This document shows, in pieces, positions 28,261 through 39,540 of a stretch of 59,217 nt of DNA; position 1 is the stretch's first letter, and each line of letters begins with the position of its first letter. The translations under genes and the position numbers were made by a program. The stretch is taken from positions 1 through 59,217 of the forward strand of contig JBAXTU010000003.1 of NCBI GenBank assembly GCA_037130015.1, written 5' to 3'. This stretch comes from a bacterium. GTDB lineage: Bacteria; Patescibacteriota; Patescibacteriia; 2-01-FULL-39-33. Under the pieces are notes generated by a model. It had not been told where the DNA came from. It was given only the letters and a program-made list of their open reading frames with translations, and did not search any database.

Positions 28261-28393
28261 ATCAATTTTATATTAAATTTTTTATATCTGATGTATAATT
28301 AATACCAATAGACAAATAATTAAAACTAAATATGCCAACTCAAACCAAGACTAAGCTGGAAATCTCCACCGGCCTGAATTAGTCCAAGCGCGT

Positions 28394-28654
28394 GTGGATG
28401 CTAAAATCAAGCGTCAAGCGACGAAAATTTTTAGCGACTTGGGTTTGGATATGAGTACAGGCATAAAGATTTATTTGGCTAAAGTAGTGAGTGAGAAAGG
28501 TGTGCCTTTTGCTATGCTGACTGAGAATGGTTTTACACCGGAGCAGGAAAAGAGAATGTTGGCTGATATGGCAACCACCGAGAGGGCTTATAGATCTGGT
28601 CGTCGCAAGCCGGCTAGAAGCATGGCGGAATTAAAAAGACAACTATTAGCTTAA
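28394..28654 (+). CDS. RelB/DinJ family antitoxin (N-terminus possibly disrupted)
   Basis: (V)DAKIKRQATKIFSDLGLDMSTGIKIYLAKVVSEKGVPF matches the DinJ ribbon-helix-helix region. The ORF begins at GTG. The expected beta-strand residues LVQAR lie in frame upstream but have no start codon. An ATG at 28332 is in another frame. Confidence 0.75.
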   Translation: MDAKIKRQATKIFSDLGLDMSTGIKIYLAKVVSEKGVPFAMLTENGFTPEQEKRMLADMATTERAYRSGRRKPARSMAELKRQLLA

Positions 28655-28657
28655 GTT

Positions 28658-28828
28658 ATGATTTATTCCGTTTGGCATACTACGAAGTTTAAGCGACAAT
28701 ATCGAAAATTAATCCGGTCTAATCCTAATTTAGTTAAAGATTTAGATTTTATTGTAAGCTTGTTGGTAGATCAGAAAATTTTACCAGACAGAAACCGTAA
28801 TCATAAGTTATATAGTGATTTATTTTAA
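28658..28828 (+). pseudogene. truncated YafQ/RelE-family toxin remnant
   Basis: This 56-aa ORF is below the ORF-track cutoff: MIYSVWHTTKFKRQYRKLIRSNPNLVKDLDFIVSLLVDQKILPDRNRNHKLYSDLF. The N-terminal half and the terminal SDLF resemble YafQ-type toxins. About 35 residues carrying the catalytic core between H-x-L and the C-terminus are missing. Confidence 0.55.
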
Positions 28829-28840
28829 ATTTTCACAAAC

Positions 28841-28874
28841 AAAAAATCCCGACCACTGTGGCCGGGATTTTTTG
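28841..28874. terminator. bidirectional intrinsic terminator
   Basis: Imperfect stem TCCCGACC/GGCCGGGA (28847-28854 / 28860-28867, one A:C mismatch) with an A-run upstream and a T-run downstream. Confidence 0.7.
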
Positions 28875-28950
28875 ACGTCAGCATGTGTAACTGTTTGTCG
28901 AAAGAAAGTAGTTGTGGTAAAATTATGTATGAAGTTAACCACTCAATTAT

Positions 28951-31092
28951 ATGCCCCTTGATTATGTTAAAAAAAATCGTAGTAATGATATTAATGATAC
29001 GCAAATAAGTCAAGCTTTTGTCAAAGCCGATTGGTCGGAGAAAGATACCGCAAAAACCCTTGAAAATATCGACTCACACGCAAAGAAACTAAACTTGCTG
29101 TTAATAGGCGGTTTGGTCGTTATATTGGTAATAGCGTTTGGTTTTTTGGAAATATTCGCTCCGCTATTTAATAAAGTTGGCCAACCGCCTCTTGCTATAA
29201 ATATTAATAAAAATAATGAGCTGACCACGCAACAATTCCAAGAGAAATACGGCCTCAGCGAGTCGTTGATTATTAAAAGCAATTTTATTAAATTCACCAA
29301 AGGGGAATTGGTTGTTTGCGATATCAATGGTAACACGGTCAAAGTTTTGAAAGAGTATAAGCCAATTAATTCAGCGGCAAATTCCAGCGTCTCGACTTCG
29401 TCATCTTCGGCGGAAATGATGACCTTTCCTTCTCCTTTGGGTTCTTTTTATATTGGTGAAACCGGAATGGCAAATTATAGCAGAACAAGAAAAGTTTATG
29501 GAATTGACGGTAAATATTTATTTTCCATTAATTATAGGTATGGCAAAGTTTTAAAATGGTCGCCTTCTGAAAAATTTCTGGCTGTTTTAGACAATACTAA
29601 CCTTCAATATGGCTTGGTTGATGTAGTGGTGTATAGTACGGCGCTGGCGAAAGAAGTTTTTCGATTCCCCTTACGTATTCCTTATGGCGGTACTTCCAGA
29701 TATGGCGAATCAAACGCTGATTTTGCTTGGTCGGACAGAAACGACACCCTTTATGTTTCAGAAGCTAATAATAGCATATACATTTTTAATAATTTTGGCG
29801 GTGATTTGTCAGAACGAAGTGTTTATATTGAAGAGCCTTGCAATTCGTTGGCGGTTAGAGGCAACGAAATTTATTGCACAAAAAAAATGGGGACGATATA
29901 CTCTGGCACGGCAAACACGACTGGCACCGATAAGAATGGCGATATTATTAAATATATATTAACAGATAATCATGAGCTTGCCCCACCCCAAGATCTTACG
30001 CCCGAAAGATTAGACGGCGAATACAATGCCAGCATTTCTTTTATTGATAATTCTCATCTGCTGTTTGTGCCTTTGTTAGGATTGAATACGATAATCAATG
30101 TCGATACGGGAAAAATCGCCGAATTGAGTTCTATTGGCCGAACAACTGTCGACCACTCTGAGGAGGCGAAGTTATTTGCTGATCTACAGGGCAACGATGA
30201 GATGCCTATTATTAGGTATTTGGGTGATGGTAATGATGTGATAAATCTCCAGTCGGAGACGTCAGTAATTTCCAATAAGTATAATGTTATTTCACCGTCG
30301 ATTGATAATTATCCTGTGATGAATCAGGAAACTTCAAAGATTGAAATAGAAAAAGTAAAAAGCATCATGAATGAGATAAAACAAGGGCATCTTACGGGTA
30401 ATTCGTCTTTAATTAAAGCACATTTCTCGACTACAACTCTTAGGGATTATTCGCTGGGGGAAGATTCTAAGGGTAATCTTCTAAAAGACGATTCCGTTAC
30501 GATCAATAGTATTGATTGGCAGGGAGCTGGAATAACAGCTAAGTTTACTACTATTTATAAGGGTCAGGTAATGAATGAGGAATGGGATTTTTTCAAAATA
30601 GACGGCGATTGGAAATATGATATTAACGAGACTGAGCAGAGACTGAATAAAAAATATGTTAATGCAAAAAAAAGTTTGGGCGATCCCAATGGCTATGTTG
30701 ACTTTAAGGTAGATATCGGGTCTTTCGGATCTCATCTCTTAGTTAATAATGGAAAAGATACCGATGTGCGAGTGGATATTACAAATGTCGGCACAAAAAC
30801 GGCAGATTACACTCCCTTGCTTGTAATATTTATGTCAGGTTATGATGCTGGCGACCCATATATTTGGTATCCTGACATATTCGGCTTTATTAACGGCAAA
30901 TTTTTTCCGCTTGCGCCCGGTGAAAAAAGAATTTTCTATTTTCGTCCTTATCGCGATAGCGCTAATCGCGAAATGAAAGACACTCCGGGAATAAAAACGG
31001 TGACAGCTATTGTTAACGAGGACAGGGGAATAAAAGAAAGTAATTATAGCAATAATATTACTACTACTTCAGTGCAAATGTACTCTAATTAG
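28951..31092 (+). CDS. membrane-anchored surface protein, TolB/PD40-like beta-propeller segments and a C-terminal CARDB-like domain
   Basis: 713 aa with one TM (LLLIGGLVVILVIAFGFLEIF). Contains propeller-like strings (KWSPSEKFLAVLDN; FAWSDRNDTLYVSE) and a C-terminal VRVDITNVGTKTADYTP...YSNN pattern typical of CARDB. The family assignment is tentative. Confidence 0.6.
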   Translation: MPLDYVKKNRSNDINDTQISQAFVKADWSEKDTAKTLENIDSHAKKLNLLLIGGLVVILVIAFGFLEIFAPLFNKVGQPPLAININKNNELTTQQFQEKYGLSESLIIKSNFIKFTKGELVVCDINGNTVKVLKEYKPINSAANSSVSTSSSSAEMMTFPSPLGSFYIGETGMANYSRTRKVYGIDGKYLFSINYRYGKVLKWSPSEKFLAVLDNTNLQYGLVDVVVYSTALAKEVFRFPLRIPYGGTSRYGESNADFAWSDRNDTLYVSEANNSIYIFNNFGGDLSERSVYIEEPCNSLAVRGNEIYCTKKMGTIYSGTANTTGTDKNGDIIKYILTDNHELAPPQDLTPERLDGEYNASISFIDNSHLLFVPLLGLNTIINVDTGKIAELSSIGRTTVDHSEEAKLFADLQGNDEMPIIRYLGDGNDVINLQSETSVISNKYNVISPSIDNYPVMNQETSKIEIEKVKSIMNEIKQGHLTGNSSLIKAHFSTTTLRDYSLGEDSKGNLLKDDSVTINSIDWQGAGITAKFTTIYKGQVMNEEWDFFKIDGDWKYDINETEQRLNKKYVNAKKSLGDPNGYVDFKVDIGSFGSHLLVNNGKDTDVRVDITNVGTKTADYTPLLVIFMSGYDAGDPYIWYPDIFGFINGKFFPLAPGEKRIFYFRPYRDSANREMKDTPGIKTVTAIVNEDRGIKESNYSNNITTTSVQMYSN

Positions 31093-31145
31093 GATAGTTT
31101 TCCACTATCTTTTTGAAGTGATAAATAGTTGTCAATAAGTCAGTC

Positions 31146-31175
31146 AAAAACCGCTCCGAGAGGAGCGGTTTTATT
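31146..31175. terminator. bidirectional intrinsic terminator
   Basis: CCGCTCC GAGA GGAGCGG hairpin (31151-31168) flanked by A- and T-runs. It serves the convergent 713-aa gene and gyrB. Confidence 0.8.
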
Positions 31176-31225
31176 GAAGCAGTTGCTGACCCTTGGTCGG
31201 GATTTTTTTTAATTCTTAATTGTTT

Positions 31226-33331
<2,106 letters not shown>

Positions 33332-33393
33332 TCAGTTGTTTATAACTTAATTTTAGCATTTTTTTGGGTTTTGGGCAAGAGTAAAGCTTCACA

Positions 33394-33422
33394 TTGACAA
33401 AACCCATTTTTTGCTATATAAT
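33394..33422 (+). promoter_or_regulatory. consensus sigma70 promoter of rnpB
   Basis: TTGACA (33394-33399), exactly 17 nt, TATAAT (33417-33422). Confidence 0.8.
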
Positions 33423-33424
33423 GG

Positions 33425-33830
33425 CTATTGTCTGGATAGATGGGATGATCGCTTCGCCAATTTTGGCGGGGAGGAAAGTCCGAACACTCGTTTCGCTTCG
33501 GCGAATATGTCGCGGTAGTGGGTAACGCCCACCCAATCAATCGTGAGGTTGATTGAGGACCAGTTCCACAGAGACAATACTAATCAATATTTATATTGAT
33601 GAAAGGTGAAAAGTGTGACAGTGTTTTGAATTAAGTAAGAGATATCTCCTTAAGTCAAAGCTATGCCACTCGGCGCCCAGCAATGGGACGCTTGTGGTAA
33701 ACTCTACCTAGTGCAACCCCAAACATAGTAGGGGGCTTGATCTTGGCAGTAATGCCAGAGACAGATAGATGATCATCACTGTATTTATACAGTACAGAAT
33801 TCGGCTTACAAGTCTGTCCAGACAATAGAA
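33425..33830 (+). ncRNA. rnpB: RNase P RNA (bacterial)
   Basis: Conserved P4 strands GGGAGGAAAGTCCGAACAC (near 33468-33486) and ACAGAATTCGGCTTACAAG (near 33794-33812). P1 pairs CTATTGTCTGGA (33425-33436) with TCCAGACAATAG (33817-33828). A terminator follows. Confidence 0.9.
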
Positions 33831-33831
33831 A

Positions 33832-33863
33832 ACATCTCGCTTTTATGGCGAGGTGTTTTTTTA
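33832..33863 (+). terminator. intrinsic terminator of rnpB
   Basis: ACATCTCGC/GCGAGGTGT stem followed by a T-run at 33857-33863. Confidence 0.85.
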
Positions 33864-33913
33864 TTTTGACAAAATACCTTTTTTGTGATATGATGTTATG
33901 TTAAAATAAATAT

Positions 33914-35317
33914 ATGAAAAGATCAGAAATTGCTATTTCCGCCAGCCTGGTGCCGGTGGATTATCTCATGATTATCTTGGCTGGTATTGCCTCGTATTTT
34001 TTGCGTTATTGGGAGCCGATAAAAAACATCAGACCTGTTATTTTTAATTTGACGCTCGGTGTTTTTATTAATTATTTGGCTATTATTGCTATTATTTGGA
34101 TAATTAGCTTTGCTTTGGCAGGACTATATTCCATGCGCGCCACACGCCGTCCTATTGATGAAGTATCAAAAATAATTCTTGGTTGCTCCACGGCTGTCAT
34201 GTTTTTGATGTTTGTTTTCTTTTTTAGTCGTAGTCTGTTTGATTCCCGTTTTATTATTTTGATTGGTTGGGTATTATCTATTGTTTTTGTGGTTATTGGT
34301 CGCGGTGTTGTCCGTCTGATTCAGCATAATTTATATCGTTTTAATATTGGCACTCATCGGGTTGTGATTATTGGCAAAGGCCAAGTTTCAGAAGAAGTTA
34401 TAAATAGTTTTGGTCAAAATATTAAGACTGGCTATAAGATTGTGGAGCAATTTGCTGATTTTGATAAAGAAATAGAAGTCAAACTTGAAAAAATGGCGCG
34501 TGAAGATAAATTTGATGAAATTTTGGTGGCTACTTCCAATTTGTCTTCAAAAGTGCTAGATAAAATTAATGATTTTTCATATATCAATCATATTGATCTC
34601 AAATATGTGGCTGATATTTTTGAATTTCCAATCACTAATTTTCAAATTGACACTATTAATGGTTTGCCAATCATTGAAGTGAAAAAAACCCGTCTTGATG
34701 GCTGGGGACGCATTGCCAAGCGCATTTTTGATGTGATTGTCTCGTCAATTATTATAATTTTAATTTCACCAATTTTATTGGCTACAGCTATTGCTATAAA
34801 AATTGATTCCCGAGGGAGTGTGTTTTTTTCTTATAAAAGAATAGGGGAGCAAGGCCGGCCATTCACTTATTTCAAATTCCGTTCCATGATTCGCGATGCT
34901 CATAAATATCGTTTTGATGAAAAGTTTTTGAAGGCGTTTCAAAATCTTCGCGATGGCACTCCTATGATGAAGTTTGAAAATGATCCGCGAGTCACTAGGG
35001 TTGGCAAATTTATCCGTCGTTTTTCTATTGATGAATTGCCAGAGTTATTTAATGTTTGGATTGGTAAAATGTCTTTGGTTGGTCCACGGCCTCACGAGGT
35101 TGAAGAAGTGGCTAAATATGAAAATTTTCATAAGCGGGTTTTGACTATCAAGCCGGGTATGACTGGCATGGCCCAGGTTTCCGGTCGTAGTGACCTTGAT
35201 TTTGATGATGAAGTAAGGCTTGATGTGTGGTATATGGAAAATTGGAGCATGAAGCTGGATTTGATGATTTTGTTCAAAACACCACTGGCTGTGCTGAAAA
35301 AACGCAAAACAGAATAA
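33914..35317 (+). CDS. polyprenyl-phosphate sugar-phosphate transferase (WbaP-like bacterial sugar transferase, initiating enzyme)
   Basis: 467 aa with four or five N-terminal TM helices, a central Rossmann-like segment and a C-terminal sugar-transferase core (RIFDVIVS..., KFRSM, DELPELFNVWIGKMSLVGPRP). Confidence 0.9.
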   Translation: MKRSEIAISASLVPVDYLMIILAGIASYFLRYWEPIKNIRPVIFNLTLGVFINYLAIIAIIWIISFALAGLYSMRATRRPIDEVSKIILGCSTAVMFLMFVFFFSRSLFDSRFIILIGWVLSIVFVVIGRGVVRLIQHNLYRFNIGTHRVVIIGKGQVSEEVINSFGQNIKTGYKIVEQFADFDKEIEVKLEKMAREDKFDEILVATSNLSSKVLDKINDFSYINHIDLKYVADIFEFPITNFQIDTINGLPIIEVKKTRLDGWGRIAKRIFDVIVSSIIIILISPILLATAIAIKIDSRGSVFFSYKRIGEQGRPFTYFKFRSMIRDAHKYRFDEKFLKAFQNLRDGTPMMKFENDPRVTRVGKFIRRFSIDELPELFNVWIGKMSLVGPRPHEVEEVAKYENFHKRVLTIKPGMTGMAQVSGRSDLDFDDEVRLDVWYMENWSMKLDLMILFKTPLAVLKKRKTE

Positions 35318-35399
35318 ATTATTTTTTTAAAAAATTGCTTCTTTTTAGAAGTGATTTTTTTAATTTGCCAAAATCCGGCAAATTTAATAAGATACACAC

Positions 35400-36482
35400 A
35401 TGAAAACAGCCCTTGTCCACGATCATTTGGCTCAAGACGGTGGTGCCGAGCAAGTCTTAAAGGTTTTTCAGGAAATGTTTCCTGAAGCGCCTATTTTTTC
35501 GTTGATTTTTGATAAGAAAAATACCAACAGTTTTTTTAAAAACAAGGACATTCGCACTTCATTTTTGCAAAAAATTCCTTTCGGAGTAAGGCATTATCAA
35601 TGGTGGCTCTCAGCTATGCCTTCAGCCATTGAAAGCCATGATCTTATGGCGTATGATTTGGTGCTGTCCAGCGCTTCGGCTTTTGCCAAAGGTGTTATTA
35701 CTAAACCTGGCAGTGTGCATATTTGCTATTGCCACACGCCAACCAGATATTTGTGGCTGGACACCCATTCCTATCTTCAAGAGCTTAAAGTACATCCGAT
35801 AGTCAAATCTTTTTTGCCTTTTACTTTGCGTAAACTTCGTCAATGGGATAGATTGGCTGCCGACAGAGTGGATCATTTTATTGCTAATTCCCATACAGTC
35901 AAAGAAAGGATTAAAAAATATTATGGCCGTGATAGTGAGGTGATTTATCCGCCAGTGGAAACTGAAAAGTTTTATATTTCGCCAAACGAAAAAAAATATT
36001 ATTTGGCTGGCGGACGGCTCGTGCCCTACAAGCGTTTTGATTTGGTTGTTAAAGCTTTTTCACGTCTGGGCATTCCGGTTAAGATTTTTGGCATTGGTCC
36101 GGAAATGAAAAATCTAAAACAAATGGCCAAAAGTAATGTACAATTTTTGGGCAAGGTGAGTGACGAAACCAAACGCCGTTTGTATGCCGATTGTATTGCC
36201 TATCTTAATCCGCAAGAAGAGGATTTTGGCATAACAGCCATTGAGGCTATGGCTAGTGGGCGACCAATTATTGCTTATGGTGCTGGCGGAGCCACTGAAA
36301 CTGTTTTGGCTGGGCAAACAGGAGAATTTTTTGATGAACAGATTTGGGAAGACTTGGCAGACAAAATTATTCGTTTCCGTCCAGAAAACTATAATCCGGA
36401 AATAATAAAAAATCATGCTCAGCAATTTAGTACGGCAATGTTTAAAGAAAAAATGAAAGAGTTTATAGATAAAAAGAGGTAA
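35400..36482 (+). CDS. family-4 glycosyltransferase
   Basis: MKTALVHDHLAQDGGAEQV start and a C-terminal EDFGITAIEAMASGRPIIA (GT4 E-x7-E region). Confidence 0.88.
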   Translation: MKTALVHDHLAQDGGAEQVLKVFQEMFPEAPIFSLIFDKKNTNSFFKNKDIRTSFLQKIPFGVRHYQWWLSAMPSAIESHDLMAYDLVLSSASAFAKGVITKPGSVHICYCHTPTRYLWLDTHSYLQELKVHPIVKSFLPFTLRKLRQWDRLAADRVDHFIANSHTVKERIKKYYGRDSEVIYPPVETEKFYISPNEKKYYLAGGRLVPYKRFDLVVKAFSRLGIPVKIFGIGPEMKNLKQMAKSNVQFLGKVSDETKRRLYADCIAYLNPQEEDFGITAIEAMASGRPIIAYGAGGATETVLAGQTGEFFDEQIWEDLADKIIRFRPENYNPEIIKNHAQQFSTAMFKEKMKEFIDKKR

Positions 36483-36486
36483 ATTT

Positions 36487-37596
36487 ATGAAAATTGGAAT
36501 TGACGCCAGATGTCTGATGCAAGATAATTATTCGGGTGTGTCCTGGTACACTTTTAATCTGCTGACAGCTTTGTTTGAAATTGATCATGAAAACGAATAT
36601 ATTTTGTTTTATAATTCTTCGCAAGATTTTAAAGTGCCTGATTGGTGCCGTCCTAATGTTCGTTCGGTTGTTTTTAAAAAATCAAATAAAATTTTTAATC
36701 TCTCTTTATTTGTTCGGAGTCAGCCGAAGTTGGATGAATTAATCGGTGGTGTGGATATCTTTTTTGCGCCCAACGCTAATTTTTTGGCTCTGTCAAAAAA
36801 ATGTCGGTCAATCATTACTGTACACGATTTGTCTTGGTTGCGTTATCCTGAATTTTTTACACTTAAAGGTCGTTTGTGGCATAAGGCTGTTAAATTTAGA
36901 AAAAATTTAATGTTGGCTGATACAATTATTGCGGTTTCAAATAGCACCAAGAATGATTTGGTTGAGTTGTTAAAAATTCCAGCCGAAAAGATAAAAGTTA
37001 TTTATGAGGGTGTGGCTGAAAAATTTAAGCTTTTGGACAAAGATTCTATTGAGATTAAAAAAGTCCAGCAAAAGTATAATTTGCCGGATAAGTTTTTTCT
37101 GTTTTTGGGCACAATTGAACCTAGAAAAAATATTTTAGGCCTAATTAAGGCAATTAAACAATCAAAAACAGATTACAAGCTGGTTTTGGCTGGCGGTCGT
37201 GGCTGGAAATCCCAGTTAATTTATGAAATAGTCAGAAATAGTGATAAAATAAAGTTAATCGGTTATGTGGCCGAGGCTGACAAACCAGCCTTATATAATT
37301 TGGCTTTGTCTTTGGTTTATCCATCATACTATGAAGGTTTTGGCTTACCACTGGTGGAGGCTATGGCTTGTGGCTGTCCGGTCGTTGCTGGAGCCAATTC
37401 TTCGCAAGGCGAGGTGGTGGCTGAGGCTGGATTATTAGTTGATCCTTATAATGTTAATGAAATAAAAAAAGCCATGGAAATCATGGCCGAGGATGTTGAT
37501 TTAAGAAATAGATTAATTGAAATAGGGCAGGTGAGAGCCAAAAATTTCAGTTGGCAGAAAACCGCGAGTGAGTTTTTGGAGTTATTAAAAAAATAA
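36487..37596 (+). CDS. family-4 glycosyltransferase
   Basis: MKIGIDARCL start and YPSYYEGFGLPLVEAMACGCPVVA signature. Confidence 0.9.
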   Translation: MKIGIDARCLMQDNYSGVSWYTFNLLTALFEIDHENEYILFYNSSQDFKVPDWCRPNVRSVVFKKSNKIFNLSLFVRSQPKLDELIGGVDIFFAPNANFLALSKKCRSIITVHDLSWLRYPEFFTLKGRLWHKAVKFRKNLMLADTIIAVSNSTKNDLVELLKIPAEKIKVIYEGVAEKFKLLDKDSIEIKKVQQKYNLPDKFFLFLGTIEPRKNILGLIKAIKQSKTDYKLVLAGGRGWKSQLIYEIVRNSDKIKLIGYVAEADKPALYNLALSLVYPSYYEGFGLPLVEAMACGCPVVAGANSSQGEVVAEAGLLVDPYNVNEIKKAMEIMAEDVDLRNRLIEIGQVRAKNFSWQKTASEFLELLKK

Positions 37597-37597
37597 C

Positions 37598-37631
37598 AGC
37601 CGCGAAAATCTTTTTAGGGATAATCGCGGCT
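37598..37631 (-). terminator. hairpin terminator for the minus-strand two-gene cassette
   Basis: AGCCGCGA/TCGCGGCT stem (37598-37605 / 37624-37631). On the minus strand it is followed by TGTTATTTTTTT. It lies directly after the stop of the 103-aa ORF. Confidence 0.55.
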
Positions 37632-37647
37632 TGGTGCGGGGGTTGGC

Positions 37648-37959
37648 TTAGATGGCCACTTTGAGGCCGTCTTCGCGAACCAGGATTAGCTTGTTGCTAC
37701 GGGTTAGGCAACAAGAGACGAACGGTAGTGTGTTGAGCGCCACGTATGGCGTCACAACAATTATGTCGTTTTCGACTTCGTCGTGGTTGCGTTGTGCGCG
37801 GTGCGCTTCCAGACGCTGGGAGCGACGCCGGCTGTTGGCCAGTGCTTGGTGCAACTGGCGCTTATACAACGAATTCAAGTTCGTTGTCTTTTCACCACCG
37901 AAGCGGTGCTGTTCGCGTTTGGCTTTTCCGCCGGGGACTTCCACAAACACTTTCTTCAT
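37648..37959 (-). CDS. hypothetical basic protein (second gene of the GC-enriched cassette)
   Basis: 103 aa with G/C-rich third codon positions, unlike its neighbours. The N-terminal half is Arg/Lys/Gln-rich and the C-terminal half looks beta-rich. Upstream is a weak AAAGGA. I recognise no family. Confidence 0.5.
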   Translation of the reverse strand: MKKVFVEVPGGKAKREQHRFGGEKTTNLNSLYKRQLHQALANSRRRSQRLEAHRAQRNHDEVENDIIVVTPYVALNTLPFVSCCLTRSNKLILVREDGLKVAI

Positions 37960-38018
37960 CTGTTTTTTCCTTTTTGGTTTTTTTCTTTGGTTTCTGTTTT
38001 TTGTTGTTTGTGGCCGAT

Positions 38019-38213
38019 TTAGAAACGGCCGAATTCGTTGTTGCGTTGCCAGCCAATGTTCAGCTGGGTTTGAAAAAGTTGTTCGTTGTGGTGTCTGCGA
38101 CGGATTTGTTGGGGGTCAAACAAAAACTCCCAAATTAATTGCGACCGACAGTCAGACTCAACCTTGCTCCACAAATAGCGGAGCATCTCAATTTGTTGTG
38201 AAAGGGCCTTCAT
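38019..38213 (-). CDS. hypothetical small protein (first gene of the GC-enriched cassette)
   Basis: 64 aa counted from the ATG at 38213 (MKALSQQIEML...), with AGGAGA 7 nt upstream. The ORF-track start at 38255 has no SD. The stop codon lies in the loop of a GGCCG/CGGCC hairpin (38012-38030). Confidence 0.45.
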   Translation of the reverse strand: MKALSQQIEMLRYLWSKVESDCRSQLIWEFLFDPQQIRRRHHNEQLFQTQLNIGWQRNNEFGRF

Positions 38214-38262
38214 AACAACTTCTCCTTTGTTAGGGTTAACTTCAGAATTCATCAATTATTAC

Positions 38263-38291
38263 AGTATAGCATACATCTAATATTTTGTCAA
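38263..38291 (-). promoter_or_regulatory. near-consensus sigma70 promoter for the cassette
   Basis: On the minus strand: TTGACA (rc of 38286-38291), 17-nt spacer, TATACT (rc of 38263-38268). Confidence 0.6.
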
Positions 38292-38330
38292 TAGCAGTTA
38301 ATATATTTTATTTAAATTTAGCTAAAATTT

Positions 38331-39491
38331 ATGAAAATAGGCATAGATGCGCGACTATATGGCACCAAACATGGCGGTATTGGTCGCTATACTCAGGAGC
38401 TGATCAAATATTTGGAACAAAATGTGTCAAGAGAGCCAAAGGCTGGTGATCAGTATTTGGTTTTTGTATCTCGTGACGGATTTAAGGATTATCAGCCACA
38501 AAATCCAAACTTCAAAAAAGTCAAAGCTAATTTTCGCGTTTATTCTTGGCAGGAACAATTGATTTTTCCGTTTTTGCTGTGGCGACATCGTCTTAATTTA
38601 GTACATTTTACGCATTTTAATGCGCCGATTTTTTATCTGGGCGAATTTGTGGTGACTATTCACGACTTGATTATTTCGCATTTTCCAGACAGTCGCGCCA
38701 CCACTCTCGGGCCGTTTAAATATTTGATTAAATTAAAGCTATACAAAGTGGTTGTATCGCACATAGCGCACAAAGCTCAAAAAATTATTGCTGTGTCTAA
38801 TTTTACCAAAGAAGATATTGCCAAACAATTAAAAGTTAATATAGCCAAAATTCAGACAATTTATGAAGGTGTTGATTTTTCACCAGCTGTGGAAAAGTCA
38901 AACTGTGGAAAAGTTTTGACTGATCTTGGGCTAAATAAAAGATTTTTAATTTATGTTGGTTCGGCTTATCCTCACAAGAATTTGGAAAAATTGGTTTTGG
39001 CTTTTCAAAAAATAGTCAGAGAAGGCGCTGATTTGCAATTAGCTCTAGTTGGCAAAAAGAATTTTTTTTATAACCAAGTGGAAAAGTTTATTGCCAAAGG
39101 CGAGAATTTGTCCGGACAGCCAACCAAAAACATTATCCTGACCGATTATCTTGAAGATGACAAATTAGCTTGTCTATATCAGTCTGCTAATGTTTATGTT
39201 TTTCCCTCGCTAATAGAAGGTTTTGGCTTGCCACCATTAGAGGCTCAGCATTATGGTTTGCCGGTTGTTAGCTCCAATGCCACTTGTTTGCCGGAAATAT
39301 TAGGTAATAGCGCCTTATATTTTGATCCTAGTAATGTTGATGATATGGCTGAAAAAATTAAGCAACTTATTGATAATGAACCCTTAAAAATGGATTTAAT
39401 ACTAAAAGGCCAGGAAAATTTGAAAAGGTACTCTTGGGATAAAACCGCCAAAGAGACATTGCAGGTTTATGAAAATATTTTAAGTAAGTAG
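38331..39491 (+). CDS. family-4 glycosyltransferase
   Basis: MKIGIDARLYG start and FPSLIEGFGLPPLEAQHYGLPVVSS signature. Confidence 0.9.
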   Translation: MKIGIDARLYGTKHGGIGRYTQELIKYLEQNVSREPKAGDQYLVFVSRDGFKDYQPQNPNFKKVKANFRVYSWQEQLIFPFLLWRHRLNLVHFTHFNAPIFYLGEFVVTIHDLIISHFPDSRATTLGPFKYLIKLKLYKVVVSHIAHKAQKIIAVSNFTKEDIAKQLKVNIAKIQTIYEGVDFSPAVEKSNCGKVLTDLGLNKRFLIYVGSAYPHKNLEKLVLAFQKIVREGADLQLALVGKKNFFYNQVEKFIAKGENLSGQPTKNIILTDYLEDDKLACLYQSANVYVFPSLIEGFGLPPLEAQHYGLPVVSSNATCLPEILGNSALYFDPSNVDDMAEKIKQLIDNEPLKMDLILKGQENLKRYSWDKTAKETLQVYENILSK

Positions 39492-39540
39492 TAAATTTTT
39501 TAATTTGTAATTGATTTAGAGTTATCCCCAATAATTTTAA

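Noticed and set aside
37652-38215. Plus-strand ORFs of 187, 130 and 79 aa (37652-38215, 37746-38138, 37783-38022) overlap the cassette.
   Set aside because: Their translations are Cys/Arg/Ser/Phe-rich with no start signals. They are typical antisense shadows that stay open because the region is GC-enriched. The minus-strand ORFs have balanced composition, SD sites, a promoter and a terminator.
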